From Vicugna vicugna (taxonomy: Eukaryota): 64,000 nucleotides of DNA. This document shows, piece after piece, positions 63,256 to 64,000 of the stretch. A program made the translations under genes and the position numbers. The stretch is taken from assembly GCA_013265495.1 (NCBI GenBank), contig MU057936.1, positions 136,016-200,015 on the forward strand, read 5' to 3'. The notes under the pieces are model-generated. The model was not told the DNA's origin, made no database searches, and was given only the letters and a program-made list of their open reading frames with translations. Every line of letters starts with the position of its first letter. Within the stretch, counting starts at the first letter, position 1.

Positions 63256-64000
63256 AACAATATTAGTATATAAATATTGAAAGAAGTTACCAGGGAAAGT
63301 TCTGGAATATATTATAAAAATAGTATAAATACCAGGAACTCATTTCTTATGAGACGTAAGAATGTGAAGGAGAACTAACTAGATTTCATTGTCAAGTTAT
63401 GTTAGTTATTATTATAAACAAGACTTATTGACCTTAAAACAGTGTTGTATAATAAACTTCACAATAAATATAAACAAAGTTATTGTTTTTGCAACACTTT
63501 GTGACAAAACTATACTTATGTGAAATAATGTTTTGTTCTACCTATATGTGCTTTGGAAAGTATGAATTATCCCTTGATTATGGCCAATTTCAAATGTGTA
63601 CAAAAGTGGACAGAATAGTACAATAAATTCCCATGTGCCCATCTCCCACCTTCAGTAATTAACAACTCATGGCAATATTTCCCCCCTTATTATTTTGAAG
63701 AAGCTATAAGATATCATCTATTTTATCCATCAATATTTCAGTGTCTATCTCTAAAATTGAGAGCTCTTTGTTAAATAAGTACCACACTACCCTTAAATGT
63801 GCTTTTAAACGTTTTGTATTTATAACTGGAAAAGCAAAATGATGACTTTCAAAGATGAAGACTTAGTGCCAGAAAGAGTGTCTTGCACTCCATGAATGAG
63901 CATTGCCAAGAGACCATTTTGTGTAAATTGGCCAGTGCATGAGCTACAGCTCTAAAGAACAATGTACTGCAGTCTGCAAGAGGTCACGAGCTGTACTTTT

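Overview
Mammalian genomic DNA, most likely camelid (three tRNA-derived Vic-1-type SINEs), repeat-rich, with four assembly gaps. The gene content (FAM47 next to FTHL17-type ferritins) resembles the X-linked germline cluster (human Xp21); that placement is inference. All four gene-derived sequences are intronless retrocopy-type and lie on the minus strand. (1) The first 20 codons plus CpG-island promoter of a ferritin heavy chain-like (FTHL17-type) gene at the left edge. (2) An intact 823-aa FAM47-family gene (17946-20417) with 17 tandem 72/75-bp coding repeats and a compact RFX/ETS promoter. (3) A second FTHL17-type copy (41919-42470) with an open frame but a mutated start codon (ATG>AAG) and a degenerate ferroxidase centre. 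(4) A full-length processed neuronatin (NNAT, alpha isoform) pseudogene (42793-44079) with poly(A) tail and target-site duplications, inserted about 320 bp upstream of ferritin copy 2; it is not recognisable in the ORF track. The rest is L1, L2, MIR, MaLR/ERVL/ERV1 LTRs, a MER82-like element and microsatellites, including nested and atypical L1 insertions. Family and subfamily names come from recalled reference sequences, not from a database search.
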